Shown: positions 54,538 through 63,883 of the stretch, piece after piece
How the letters are laid out: each line of letters begins with the position of its first letter
Numbering within the stretch: position 1 is the stretch's first letter
Origin: a virus
Taxonomy: Duplodnaviria > Heunggongvirae > Uroviricota > Caudoviricetes
Virus record (IMG/VR): IMGVR_UViG_3300031413_000001
Reading direction: 5' to 3' (one strand)
DNA length: 64,000 nucleotides
Notes under the pieces: model-generated
Database searches by the model: none
Seen by the model: the letters and a program-made list of their open reading frames with translations, nothing else
Told to the model about the DNA's origin: nothing
Translations under genes and position numbers: made by a program

Positions 54538-54900
54538 ATGCAGGCAGAGCCCATCACACTGGATGGAACCTCAAGGGGTTCCATCCAAACCTTTTTCTAT
54601 CCCGTCTGTTATGTTCAGATCTTCCGCCCCTGTAGCTGGACAGATCTCCACGCCTTTATGGAAGAAGGCGATACATTCCGACAGGAGATGAGCAAGCGAG
54701 CCCACTGGCTTGACGAGCAAAAGATCCGACACCGTATGAAATATGATCGTGTGATTGACGATCCTGACCGTCCACACTATTATAGACTTTTCATAGAGTT
54801 CTCCACTATGGATGGAGCGGAGCAGTACATTGAACGGTGGACCGAGTGGGCAGCAGAATTAAGCACCAAGTTGCTCGATATGCTTGGGAAGTTGACGTAA
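54538..54900 (+). CDS. Divergent LFKLxW-family-like protein
   Basis: WLDEQ...FIEFSTMDGAEQYIERW. Confidence 0.7.
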   Translation: MQAEPITLDGTSRGSIQTFFYPVCYVQIFRPCSWTDLHAFMEEGDTFRQEMSKRAHWLDEQKIRHRMKYDRVIDDPDRPHYYRLFIEFSTMDGAEQYIERWTEWAAELSTKLLDMLGKLT

Positions 54901-55187
54901 CGTTCATTCGAACCTACGAGCGCTATCCCCAGTCCCAGGGCAAGACCACTTCCACCAGCGTGACACTCAACGACATTCGAGACAAGCTGGTCCGAATGGG
55001 CGAGCACGAGAAGTGGCAAAACCGTGGCAAGGACTGGTGCGCCGAACATACAAAAGATCGGTGGACCTTTGGAGACTTCCGTGTCAAGGAAGATGGATCC
55101 GGAGATGTCCAGCGAGTAGAGACAAAGTTCACATTCAATGACCGACACGATGCAATCATGTTTCAGCTGGTCAAGGATCGACTATGA
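54837..55187 (+). CDS. LFKLxW-family-like protein (start uncertain)
   Basis: DWCAEH...FNDRHDAIMFQL. Confidence 0.75.
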   Translation: MDRVGSRIKHQVARYAWEVDVTFIRTYERYPQSQGKTTSTSVTLNDIRDKLVRMGEHEKWQNRGKDWCAEHTKDRWTFGDFRVKEDGSGDVQRVETKFTFNDRHDAIMFQLVKDRL

Positions 55188-55504
55188 GCAATGAGCTCCG
55201 ATCCGAGTATGAGCACGGACAGATCTGGATAACACCAAGTGGTGAATATGCGGTCTTGATGTCTTACGATTTCCATGCACGAAGTACCTTTCTATCACGC
55301 GCTGACTATCTGTCCATGAAACTCCACGAAGATCTGTATGAGTGGCTTGATGCAATGGGACCCAAAGTTCCTCACATCACGAACCTCACCTGTGATATTC
55401 ATCCCTGGAGACACCGGCCCTTTATCCCAGGGTCGGAGGGACTTCATGCCTTCTTTTTCTATCGCCGGAGGAATGCCTCGTTGTTCAAGCTTCGCTGGAC
55501 TTGA
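55184..55504 (+). CDS. LFKLxW-family protein (dispersed)
   Basis: FYRRRNASLFKLRWT. Confidence 0.85.
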   Translation: MSNELRSEYEHGQIWITPSGEYAVLMSYDFHARSTFLSRADYLSMKLHEDLYEWLDAMGPKVPHITNLTCDIHPWRHRPFIPGSEGLHAFFFYRRRNASLFKLRWT

Positions 55505-55534
55505 CAAACTGGTAGCCAGTGCTAATATTGGAGC

Positions 55535-55966
55535 ATGAAGCACTACCGCCCCATAAAGACCTTTGCCACTTGGCTTCTTGAGCGCGTTTCAATCCACTTG
55601 CCTTTTGAGGGCGGACGTGATTGGGGCGGAAAAGATCACGAGCATTGGATCGAGGAGCATCTTGAATTAGATCGCCAGGTAACCGGTGATCTTCGAGCAA
55701 ACATCTACAGTCACAGTGGAAGCGGCTTTCCCATAGCTGGACGTCCCCACCTTCACTATTTCAATTTTCCAACCGCTGAGCAAGCGGATCTTTTTCAAGC
55801 CACATGGGGTGGAGTCCGAAGCACGGAGACTATGAAGGAAACAGCCCGGAGGAATGAATCCATCTGGGGCAACTTCACAGCCGATGATATGCTGCACCTC
55901 TATGGTGACCCACTTCCCAACATAATTCAGTACCATCTTTCCTACATGCAGGATCATGGCGGTTAA
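55535..55966 (+). CDS. LFKLxW-family-like protein with extension
   Basis: FPTAEQADLFQATWGG; promoter TTGACA-N15-CTAATA at 55501-55527. Confidence 0.75.
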   Translation: MKHYRPIKTFATWLLERVSIHLPFEGGRDWGGKDHEHWIEEHLELDRQVTGDLRANIYSHSGSGFPIAGRPHLHYFNFPTAEQADLFQATWGGVRSTETMKETARRNESIWGNFTADDMLHLYGDPLPNIIQYHLSYMQDHGG

Positions 55967-55984
55967 AGTAACCGCTTCAGTCAC

Positions 55985-56374
55985 ATGCACCAACAGTGGG
56001 CGCATCTTGATTGGGTTCCGGGTGCGTTTCTTCACAGGGATCGCCAGTGCCAAGATGACGAGATAGAAGTGATCTGCTGGTTCGCAGATACTCTACAGCA
56101 TCAGGTTACCCCAGATGATGAGCATGGGTGGCAGCGTCGTTGGCATCAGTACGCCAGCAACGTCTATGAGTTCGACGATCCCTATGTTGCCAAAATGTTC
56201 ATGCTACGTTTTGGCTGCGATCCTATTCCCGAGAAGTACCGCTTTCGTGGAGACGAGATTGCGCGGAAGCTGGTACCCCATGTTTCGGGCATTCGTCACG
56301 CAACGGGCAAAGGGTACATTTGGGAGAGGACGGCCAGCATACCCGATTACCAAAGTCCACTAATAAGGGGTTGA
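55985..56374 (+). CDS. LFKLxW-family-like protein overlapping nth antisense
   Basis: FDDPYVAKMFMLRFG. Confidence 0.7.
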   Translation: MHQQWAHLDWVPGAFLHRDRQCQDDEIEVICWFADTLQHQVTPDDEHGWQRRWHQYASNVYEFDDPYVAKMFMLRFGCDPIPEKYRFRGDEIARKLVPHVSGIRHATGKGYIWERTASIPDYQSPLIRG

Positions 56375-56918
56375 ACCACTTCCAGTATTTGCGTGGAAGT
56401 TTTTCCCTCAGGACCTCTTCGGTTTCATTGGCGTCCTTGGTGTCCACGTAACCCCAGATATTCATGATACGATGAACGTGAGTGTCAACGGTCATGGTCG
56501 TTTGACCAAAGCCTGAATCCAAGGTCAGATTGGCGGTCTTTCGTCCCACGCCGGGAAGGCTCAAGAGGTCGTCCATGTTGTTGGGAACCTTGCCCCCAAA
56601 ACGATCGATAATCTGCTGGCTGGTTTGTTGCACGAACTGAACCCGTCGACTGGTGTGTCCAAGGGGCCGTAGAAGCCCAGAGAGCTCCTCTACGGGCATC
56701 TGGGCGATCTGCTGGGGCGTTGATGCTATTTCAAAGAGACTGTTCTCTACGCGCTCCACAGTTGCTCCACGAGCACGAAGACTGAGCAGTGTTCCTATCA
56801 GGGCACGAAAGGGTTCCTGTCGGTGGAAGCCCGTGTAAGCGTGACCAGTTTCCTTCTTCATGTACGCCTTCAGCGTATCAAGAGCCGCGGGCGCATCAAG
56901 CGTTTCGTTGGTAGACAT
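56223..56918 (-). CDS. nth: Endonuclease III (HhH-GPD, 4Fe-4S)
   Basis: LLSLPGVGRKTANL, VDTHVHR, C-x6-C-x2-C-x5-C. Confidence 0.93.
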   Translation of the reverse strand: MSTNETLDAPAALDTLKAYMKKETGHAYTGFHRQEPFRALIGTLLSLRARGATVERVENSLFEIASTPQQIAQMPVEELSGLLRPLGHTSRRVQFVQQTSQQIIDRFGGKVPNNMDDLLSLPGVGRKTANLTLDSGFGQTTMTVDTHVHRIMNIWGYVDTKDANETEEVLREKLPRKYWKWFNPLLVDFGNRVCWPSSPKCTLCPLRDECPKHGVPASAQSRLHESGTSRE

Positions 56919-57014
56919 AATCTAACTTAGCAAACGGTTACCGAGACGCAAGAGTAAATTGACTCTGGACACCAGAACACCGTAATGTGTGGCATACCTG
57001 ATAGGAGTTTTCCA

Positions 57015-57953
57015 GTGTCCACACCAGACCTTTGGGTCGAGAAGTACCGCCCCAACACGCTCGAGGGATACGTCTTCAAGAACGACCATATTCGAGCACA
57101 GATTGAAAGCTGGATTCAAAATCCAGAGGGCAAGAACATTCCCTTCCCACACCTGCTTCTAAGTGGCAGCCCTGGCGTTGGTAAGACAACTCTGGCAAAA
57201 CTTCTGCTCAACGAACTGGGCGTCAACAAGTATGATATCTTGGAGCTCAATGGATCCAGGGATAACGGTGTTGACTATGTTCGGGACACGATCGTCAACT
57301 TCTGTTCCACTTATCCAAATGGCGATTACAAGGTTGTTCTACTGGATGAGGGCGACTACCTGACCCATCAGGCACAGGCTATTCTACGTAATGAAATGGA
57401 GCGTTTCAATGAAAGCGTTCGTTTCATCATCACTTGCAACCTGCCGCACAAGATCATGGCCGCGCTGCATAGCAGGATGCAGGGAATCCACTTTGATTCG
57501 CTGGACATGGAAAGCTTCTACGGTAGGGTTCTTGAGATCCTAACGCTGGAGAACGTCACGTTTGATATTGATGATCTGGAACTGTACGTCAGGAACTCCT
57601 TTCCCGATCTTCGAAAGTGCATCAATCTTCTAGATCAGCATACGCAGAACAGCGTACTGACGCCCCTGAAGGAATCCAGTGCTACTTCACTCAATTACAT
57701 GGAAGATGTCGTTGAGCTGTTCAAGGCACGGAACTTCACGCAGGCACGAAAGCTGATCGTCAGCAGCGCAGACATCAATGATTACGAGGACATCTTCCGT
57801 TTCCTCTACAAGAATCTTCAACTGTTTGGTGACACTGAGGAAGTGCAGAGCGCGGCCATTGTGGTGATCGCACGTGGTCTCCGCAGTCATGCGATTTGTG
57901 CCGACGCGGAGATCAACCTAGCAGCAACATTGGTAGAATTGAGTCAGCTATGA
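57015..57953 (+). CDS. Clamp loader AAA+ subunit (T4 gp44/RFC-like)
   Basis: LWVEKYRP, GSPGVGKTT, LLDEGD, FPDLRKCIN. Confidence 0.93.
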   Translation: MSTPDLWVEKYRPNTLEGYVFKNDHIRAQIESWIQNPEGKNIPFPHLLLSGSPGVGKTTLAKLLLNELGVNKYDILELNGSRDNGVDYVRDTIVNFCSTYPNGDYKVVLLDEGDYLTHQAQAILRNEMERFNESVRFIITCNLPHKIMAALHSRMQGIHFDSLDMESFYGRVLEILTLENVTFDIDDLELYVRNSFPDLRKCINLLDQHTQNSVLTPLKESSATSLNYMEDVVELFKARNFTQARKLIVSSADINDYEDIFRFLYKNLQLFGDTEEVQSAAIVVIARGLRSHAICADAEINLAATLVELSQL

Positions 57954-58447
57954 GCGATCTACAAACGGCTATTGATGCCATGAACGGCACCACCAAATGG
58001 GACATTCGCTATCTAGAGATGGCACGTCTGGTTGCCAGCTGGAGCAAGGACCCCAGCACGCAAACTGGTGCGGTGGTTGTTCGTCCCGACAACAGCGTTG
58101 CCAGCGTGGGCTATAATGGATTTCCACGTGGAATCCAGGATACTCCTGATCGCTATGAGGATCGTGAAGTCAAGTACAGCTACATCGTCCATTGTGAGAT
58201 GAATGCCGTCTTGAGTGCCCACACAACCGTGCGCGGTGACACACTCTACACTTGGCCATTCTTTTCCTGTGATCGGTGCGCCATGCACATGATTCAGGCT
58301 GGAATCACCAGGGTAGTGGCACCAAGTTGTCCACCGGACAAGCAGGATCGTTGGGCTGCAATTCTCGAAGACAGCAAGGCTCGCTTTCGTGAAGCCGGCG
58401 TGGAAGTCGTTGAAATTCCCTACGAGATCTTTGAGGAAAACAAATGA
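57950..58447 (+). CDS. dCMP deaminase
   Basis: SKDPSTQTGA, GYNGFPRG, HCEMNA, SCDRC. Confidence 0.92.
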   Translation: MSDLQTAIDAMNGTTKWDIRYLEMARLVASWSKDPSTQTGAVVVRPDNSVASVGYNGFPRGIQDTPDRYEDREVKYSYIVHCEMNAVLSAHTTVRGDTLYTWPFFSCDRCAMHMIQAGITRVVAPSCPPDKQDRWAAILEDSKARFREAGVEVVEIPYEIFEENK

Positions 58448-58836
58448 GCAAATACTTGAGCGGCCGACCCTTTATGGTCATTTCCTACAGCTACGTTCTA
58501 GCTGCGGGACAAAAGAGCAACACGCCAGGCTTTGGCGCCACTGCAGAGTGGGATCCAATCGAGAACATGGTCATCGTTGATCGTGTTACCAACAAGCAGA
58601 CGCAGAATGCAGAGTTGATCCTCGATCTCTTTGAGAGCAAGGTTCTCAAGAGCAGGAACGTGGACAGTGATGAGGAAAAGTCCAAGCTGTTCAACATGTT
58701 CGTCTCCAAGTATTTTGAAGACGTCAAGGCCGCGCTGGTAAAGTGGATTGCCGCCGACAGCGCAAATCTATCCAAGGTTCAGAACTTTGTGGATGCCCAC
58801 AATGCACGAAAGGTAGAAGAAGATGACGGAAATTGA
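58444..58836 (+). CDS. Hypothetical protein
   Basis: Coupled ORF. Confidence 0.8.
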   Translation: MSKYLSGRPFMVISYSYVLAAGQKSNTPGFGATAEWDPIENMVIVDRVTNKQTQNAELILDLFESKVLKSRNVDSDEEKSKLFNMFVSKYFEDVKAALVKWIAADSANLSKVQNFVDAHNARKVEEDDGN

Positions 58837-59134
58837 TCCAGAGACAATGATGAAGGTAGAAGTCCTCAAGATGGAATTGGTTTCCATCTTGTTGGAATTC
58901 ATGTCGGATATGAATAACGAGGAGACTCGTGCCAAAGTCGTAGAAGACTTCACCGACTACCTGGAGGCCAGCGAAGCATACGACTACACGGTTGTCTGCG
59001 ACGAAAGCAACAATACTCCTGATCGTGTCAGCGATCTAGAGCTGTGGGTGGATGTTGCTGTGAACTTTGCTGAGGATGAAGATTACATCTACATTCCTCT
59101 TCGCCTGAGCCCGAGGTTTGTTGATGAAGAGTAA
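58823..59134 (+). CDS. Stand-alone tail-sheath C-terminal-like domain
   Basis: YDYTVVCDESNNTP...ELWVDVAV...YIYIPLRL resembles the gp18 C-terminus. Confidence 0.75.
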   Translation: MTEIDPETMMKVEVLKMELVSILLEFMSDMNNEETRAKVVEDFTDYLEASEAYDYTVVCDESNNTPDRVSDLELWVDVAVNFAEDEDYIYIPLRLSPRFVDEE

Positions 59135-59717
59135 GGTCATCCTAACGGATTGTGATGAAGTCCTGTTCGATTGGGCAGGACCTTTTGAAACTTGGGTCCG
59201 TGCCAACTATCCTCAGCATTGTGAGGCTCCTGGTCTTCTAAAGGACTATTGGGACGTGGAGCGTTGGCTCTCCTGCCCCTATGAGGAATCTCGTGAGCTG
59301 ATCAGGATCTTCAACAGCAACCCTGACTACTGGCCGTTCTTCAAGCCACTTCCCCGAGTGGTTGACAATGTTCAGAAGCTTCACAGCGAAGGCTACCGCT
59401 TTGTGGCTATCACGGCCTGTGACACTGATCAGGCCACCTACAATGGTCGCTGGCAGAACCTCAATGAGGTCTTTGGCGTGGGAGTGTTTGACACTCTGCA
59501 TTGTGTGGGATTGGCCGAAAGCAAAAAGGAGCACCTGGCTCGCTATGTTCCAACCTATTGGGTAGAGGACAAGATGAAGCATGCCAGCGCAGGAGTGGAT
59601 GTGGGCCACACCAGCTTCTTGATCAACTACAAGCATAATGAAATGCACGAGGATCCAAGAGTTCAGCGCGTTGATAGCTGGGATGACATCTATGATCGGA
59701 TCCACCAGGATCCATAA
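59124..59717 (+). CDS. HAD-family 5'(3')-deoxyribonucleotidase-like protein
   Basis: ILTDCDEVL, ITA, WVEDK, RVDSWDDI. Confidence 0.85.
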   Translation: MKSKVILTDCDEVLFDWAGPFETWVRANYPQHCEAPGLLKDYWDVERWLSCPYEESRELIRIFNSNPDYWPFFKPLPRVVDNVQKLHSEGYRFVAITACDTDQATYNGRWQNLNEVFGVGVFDTLHCVGLAESKKEHLARYVPTYWVEDKMKHASAGVDVGHTSFLINYKHNEMHEDPRVQRVDSWDDIYDRIHQDP

Positions 59718-59831
59718 CCGCCTACTTATCTGTTTTCCAGCAGGCAATTAAACACACTGTTTAGCCACTCTCCAAGACTTAAATACTTGTGAGCAGCCCC
59801 ACAACACCAACCCTCATTTTGGAGGTCGAAA

Positions 59832-60632
59832 GTGGCTAAACAGAATCGTGCAAAGGGTGCAAACCGCCCCAATCCTCGTGCAGACCGTAACATCGGCCCA
59901 ACCCCTGGCGCCCGTGGCGGTCGCTATCAGCAGGATCGCACCTCGAATGTTATTGAGCTAAACTTCCCTCAGAAGCCAAAGAAGCAGCGCGTGGACATCG
60001 TTCCTCGCAATCTTGCACAGGAAAACTTGGTTTCTAGCCTAGAGAACCCCAACAAGCATGTGGTTTTCGCCGTTGGTCCAGCTGGTACTGGTAAGACGCT
60101 TCTGGCCACCATGCACGCTATCAAGTGCTTTAAGGCTGGTCTGGTTGAGAAGATTGTTATCACCCGCCCCAACGTTGCAGTCGACGACAAGGACATTGGT
60201 TACTTGCCAGGCGACATCTTGAAGAAGATGACCCCATGGATGATGCCAGTTCTGGACGTCTTTGGTGAATACTTCACGCAGCCCGAGATTCAGGCAATGC
60301 TGGAAGAGAACATCATTGAAATGGTGCCAATCGCATTCATCCGTGGTCGCACGTTTAAGAACGCCTACATTCTGGTAGATGAGGCACAGGGCACAACTCC
60401 TAATTCGCTTCTCTCGATTCTCACACGTATTGGTGAGGGTTCCAAGATGGTTGTAACGGGCGATCTCGCTCAGAGCGATCGTGGATCCGACAACGGACTT
60501 GCCGACTTTTTGGGTCGCTTTCAGTCCAGCCCCTGCATTGACGTAATCAAGTTCCAGCGCGGAGACGTTGAGCGTCACCCTGTTGTCAAGGAACTCCTGG
60601 GTATCTACACGGGATTCAACGGCAACATCTAA
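59832..60632 (+). CDS. phoH: PhoH family ATPase
   Basis: GPAGTGKT, GYLPGD, RGRTF, DEAQ, TRIGEGSK, GDLAQSD, RHPVV. Confidence 0.95.
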   Translation: MAKQNRAKGANRPNPRADRNIGPTPGARGGRYQQDRTSNVIELNFPQKPKKQRVDIVPRNLAQENLVSSLENPNKHVVFAVGPAGTGKTLLATMHAIKCFKAGLVEKIVITRPNVAVDDKDIGYLPGDILKKMTPWMMPVLDVFGEYFTQPEIQAMLEENIIEMVPIAFIRGRTFKNAYILVDEAQGTTPNSLLSILTRIGEGSKMVVTGDLAQSDRGSDNGLADFLGRFQSSPCIDVIKFQRGDVERHPVVKELLGIYTGFNGNI

Positions 60633-60651
60633 GAATACCACAAGCTAAAAG

Positions 60652-60692
60652 GAATAGGTCCCAGGGGTTGCTCTCTAGGGGCCTATTCTTTT
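60652..60692 (+). terminator. Intrinsic terminator
   Basis: GAATAGG...CCTATTC followed by TTTT. Confidence 0.7.
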
Positions 60693-60729
60693 GGTTGACA
60701 ACCAGCTCTGTCCTCGTACAAAAGAACAT

Positions 60730-61263
60730 ATGAGCAACACAGCAATCTTCACGCCATCGGGCGTTCAACATAAGCGACTGAAGAAACTTGCCGCTGGCGG
60801 TGAGGATGTTACAGTCAGTCCCGAGGCCCTGGGCCCGCTCTATCAGGACGGCGACGACCTGAAGACGCTGGCGTGGGACTATTACAATATGGAGAACGCC
60901 GGTCGGCGCAACTTCATCCACTTCATGGAGTTGGATGAGCCGGCTCTCGAGGGCGAGTTCCACATCGTACGGAAGAAGCTGACGCCGCTGGGCCAGCAGG
61001 CTCTCGCCGCACTGGAAATTGGTTGGTTCTGGAACTCCGAGACCAACGAGGAAGCCGTCCAGGCAACCTTCGATTTCTACCGCGATCTGATGAACAAGGG
61101 CAAGTTCTCCGTTCAGCACGCCGACTGGATCGTGGGCAACGCCGACGAACGCTTTCGTGAGCTACGGAATGAGGTCGTGTACTTCAAGCTCAAGGCCAAG
61201 AGGATCGGCGACTTTTTCGTCGAGGACAAGGACGCAAGTTTGAGCGCGGGGATGATGCGGTAA
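60730..61263 (+). CDS. Hypothetical protein
   Basis: Early-type promoter TTGACA-N16-TACAAA immediately upstream. Confidence 0.8.
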   Translation: MSNTAIFTPSGVQHKRLKKLAAGGEDVTVSPEALGPLYQDGDDLKTLAWDYYNMENAGRRNFIHFMELDEPALEGEFHIVRKKLTPLGQQALAALEIGWFWNSETNEEAVQATFDFYRDLMNKGKFSVQHADWIVGNADERFRELRNEVVYFKLKAKRIGDFFVEDKDASLSAGMMR

Positions 61264-61976
61264 TGGAGCGAGAGCCCTTTTTAAGCAACGACGTCTTGGC
61301 AGAAGTGGCAGGACGTCTACGCTTTGGGGGCCAGCCCCTGGAGCAGAAGATCGGAGAAATGTCCCAGCCGGAGCCAGCACCCTGGTCCTGGCCCACTCAC
61401 CCCATGGACCGGACGGCCGCAATGTTTGGCCTCCGGGGGTTTGAGTTCAACACTCTCCAGCAAGAAGCCATTCGAGAGCTTCCCAACAACGTGATGCTTC
61501 AGGATGCTTACCGGAAGTTTCTGATGATCGCCAAGCTGACTTGCGCGGAGGGTCTTCAGAAGGTTCGTGATCACGAGCAAAAGCAAGCTGAAGACAAGAT
61601 GAAGCGCGACCGCGTCTATCAGGGCAAAAAGAAAGCCTATGATGAGCGGGTCAAGAGCCTGAGCAAGAGCTGGACGGCTGTTCGGGACACCATCCGGACG
61701 CGCTGGACTCGGATCGGTAAAAGCGTGGCAACCATGCTGGAGCGAAATGGCTCGCTGAAGAACATGACCGATCGTGATCGGGAGTTCATCGAGGAAATGG
61801 TGCGTCGCGGAGTCGCGGCAGTGGACCGCTCGGATGGCGCGGTCATCTACTTTAATTGGGATAAGTTTGCGGACTTCTCAATCGAGGATATCAACGAGGT
61901 TGTCCTGATGCTAGATCAGCATTCCAGTGGTGGCTTCATCCGTAAGCCAGTGAAGACTCCGTTTAACGATCTTTAA
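61263..61976 (+). CDS. Hypothetical protein
   Basis: TAATG coupling. Confidence 0.8.
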   Translation: MEREPFLSNDVLAEVAGRLRFGGQPLEQKIGEMSQPEPAPWSWPTHPMDRTAAMFGLRGFEFNTLQQEAIRELPNNVMLQDAYRKFLMIAKLTCAEGLQKVRDHEQKQAEDKMKRDRVYQGKKKAYDERVKSLSKSWTAVRDTIRTRWTRIGKSVATMLERNGSLKNMTDRDREFIEEMVRRGVAAVDRSDGAVIYFNWDKFADFSIEDINEVVLMLDQHSSGGFIRKPVKTPFNDL

Positions 61977-62097
61977 CTGGAGCCTTCACGAGAAGTCGGC
62001 TTTCGATTGCCCTAACGTCGAGTGGTCTTTTGGTGCTTTCACCAAGAGACTTCTTGGCGTCTGCGGTCTTTGTATCCAATAGTTCCCAAAGTCGCAT
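61963..62097 (-). CDS. Small late protein (44 aa, MRLWELL...)
   Basis: TATAAATA at 62131-62138 (minus) and SD GGAG. Confidence 0.55.
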   Translation of the reverse strand: MRLWELLDTKTADAKKSLGESTKRPLDVRAIESRLLVKAPVKDR

Positions 62098-62171
62098 GTC
62101 AGTTCTCCACTGCTGGGTCATACCATTGGGTATTTATACCAAACGGTAAATACCAGAACTAGGAGGATTTC

Positions 62172-62732
62172 ATGCCAGAAGCTAATCCACAACTATTCAA
62201 GCGACTGAGTGATTCGGAAAGTCTCACTGACGTCATGATCCAGATGGAGGACTTTATGGACTCTCTGGACCTCTACGTTTTTAAGAATTGGTTTGAGGGC
62301 GAGATCGTCCAGGGCCCAGAGATCCGCCGCTACTGGGTCTCGATGACACTCAAGTATGAGTACGAGGAGATGCCTGATCCAGCGGGAGCAGAGCGTCTTA
62401 TTCGTCATGGTGCAAAGGTTGAATACCGAAAGGCCAAGAACGAGCAACCAGCGGAAGCCAAAGGTCCCGAGGACTTCACGGTCACTAACAAGCCCAAGAT
62501 GATCCAAAAGGACATCTGGCTCGTTGATGTTCAGATTCCCCGCCGCTTTATCGAGGAACTCGACGACAGCGATCTGGAAATGCACGTGGACGATGAACTC
62601 GTTGACGTTGAGGATGTCTCGGATGCCCGTGACGAAGACATTGATCAGGAAGCTGCATTTACCAAGGAGGGCGACGCAGAGCTCACCGATGGCGAAGATG
62701 AAGAGTCCGATGAAGACACCGGAGGTCTATAA
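62172..62732 (+). CDS. Hypothetical late protein with acidic tail
   Basis: TAAATA at 62147, SD AGGAGG. Confidence 0.85.
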   Translation: MPEANPQLFKRLSDSESLTDVMIQMEDFMDSLDLYVFKNWFEGEIVQGPEIRRYWVSMTLKYEYEEMPDPAGAERLIRHGAKVEYRKAKNEQPAEAKGPEDFTVTNKPKMIQKDIWLVDVQIPRRFIEELDDSDLEMHVDDELVDVEDVSDARDEDIDQEAAFTKEGDAELTDGEDEESDEDTGGL

Positions 62733-63475
62733 TGGCTAATCTGTTCGAAGGACTCAAAGAGGGTGATCTTGAGGAGCTCGTGCTTTCCAAGATCTCCATT
62801 GATGAATATGAAAGCAAACTGGACGATGACAGCATCGTGGTTGCATTCTACGTTCAAGATCGCGAACCAGCGGGTGACCTGAATCGCTTTATCCAAAAGG
62901 GCCCCACCGCCCTGCTGGATACCGACGTCAGCCCGGCACCAAACGAAGATGGCTTTTATATGGTCTTTGTTGAGCTTCTTCGCGATGAGGAGTTTCCCAA
63001 GAAGGTCGTTGACATAACGGACAGCCTGCAGGGACTCACCGGTATTGAAAGCTGGACCGTGTTGGTCTATGGAAGCGAAGAAGAGCAGGAAGTAACCGAG
63101 GAATATCTCGCGACTGCGGTTCGCCTTCACAGCAAGGAAGACCACGAAGAAGAATCCGAAGACTCAGTTGATGAGAGCCTGACGGAGTTCTTCCGGAACA
63201 GCGATCTGGAGAATCTGGTCGTTGAGGGAAAGCGTGTTAGCTTCCAGGGACCAGTGGCAACTTTTGAGATGAACCTTGTGGACCTGGGAGCATTTGATTT
63301 GCTTCAGGAACGCAATGCGGTGCTCTCTCAGGGGCTAAGGCTTGATGAAGCAGCACAACACAATGTCAGCCGCTTGAAAGCTCTACTAGGCGATCTATGG
63401 GTGGTGGAGCATCTACAAAACCACGTCCTGCTCAGCAATGTGTTGAGCGAAGACGTGGCCTTGTTCCGACTGTAA
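62732..63475 (+). CDS. Acidic hypothetical protein
   Basis: TAATG coupling. Confidence 0.85.
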   Translation: MANLFEGLKEGDLEELVLSKISIDEYESKLDDDSIVVAFYVQDREPAGDLNRFIQKGPTALLDTDVSPAPNEDGFYMVFVELLRDEEFPKKVVDITDSLQGLTGIESWTVLVYGSEEEQEVTEEYLATAVRLHSKEDHEEESEDSVDESLTEFFRNSDLENLVVEGKRVSFQGPVATFEMNLVDLGAFDLLQERNAVLSQGLRLDEAAQHNVSRLKALLGDLWVVEHLQNHVLLSNVLSEDVALFRL

Positions 63476-63883
63476 TTAGAAAGTGGGCTTCATCGAGGAT
63501 TCGCTGACTTCCTTGAAGGTGCCCGGCTCCAGGATGTAATAGGCGTTGTAGCTGGGCTCCTCACAGTCTTTGTGAAAGACCAGCTTGCCGGAGACCATTG
63601 CGTCCGAGATTGCCTGGAACATCTTGTCCCCATAGCAACCCCAGATGGACGTCATCTGCGAGTAGCCCTCGTTCCCACAGCCATCGCCCTCGCGAGCATA
63701 GATCGTGAGTTCGCCATTGGGACCAACCTGCAAGGGTCCCTTCCAGTCCGGCTGGTACTGGCACTCATCGTGGTAGAGCTCACCGATCTCGGTTTCGTCC
63801 ATCAGCTTGGTGTTGAGCTGATCCAGATCCTTGATCGCGAGATCATCGACCTGATAGATCTCAAGATTAGTCCACAGTCCCAT
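63476..63883 (-). CDS. Hypothetical protein
   Basis: SD AAAGGAG. Confidence 0.8.
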   Translation of the reverse strand: MGLWTNLEIYQVDDLAIKDLDQLNTKLMDETEIGELYHDECQYQPDWKGPLQVGPNGELTIYAREGDGCGNEGYSQMTSIWGCYGDKMFQAISDAMVSGKLVFHKDCEEPSYNAYYILEPGTFKEVSESSMKPTF

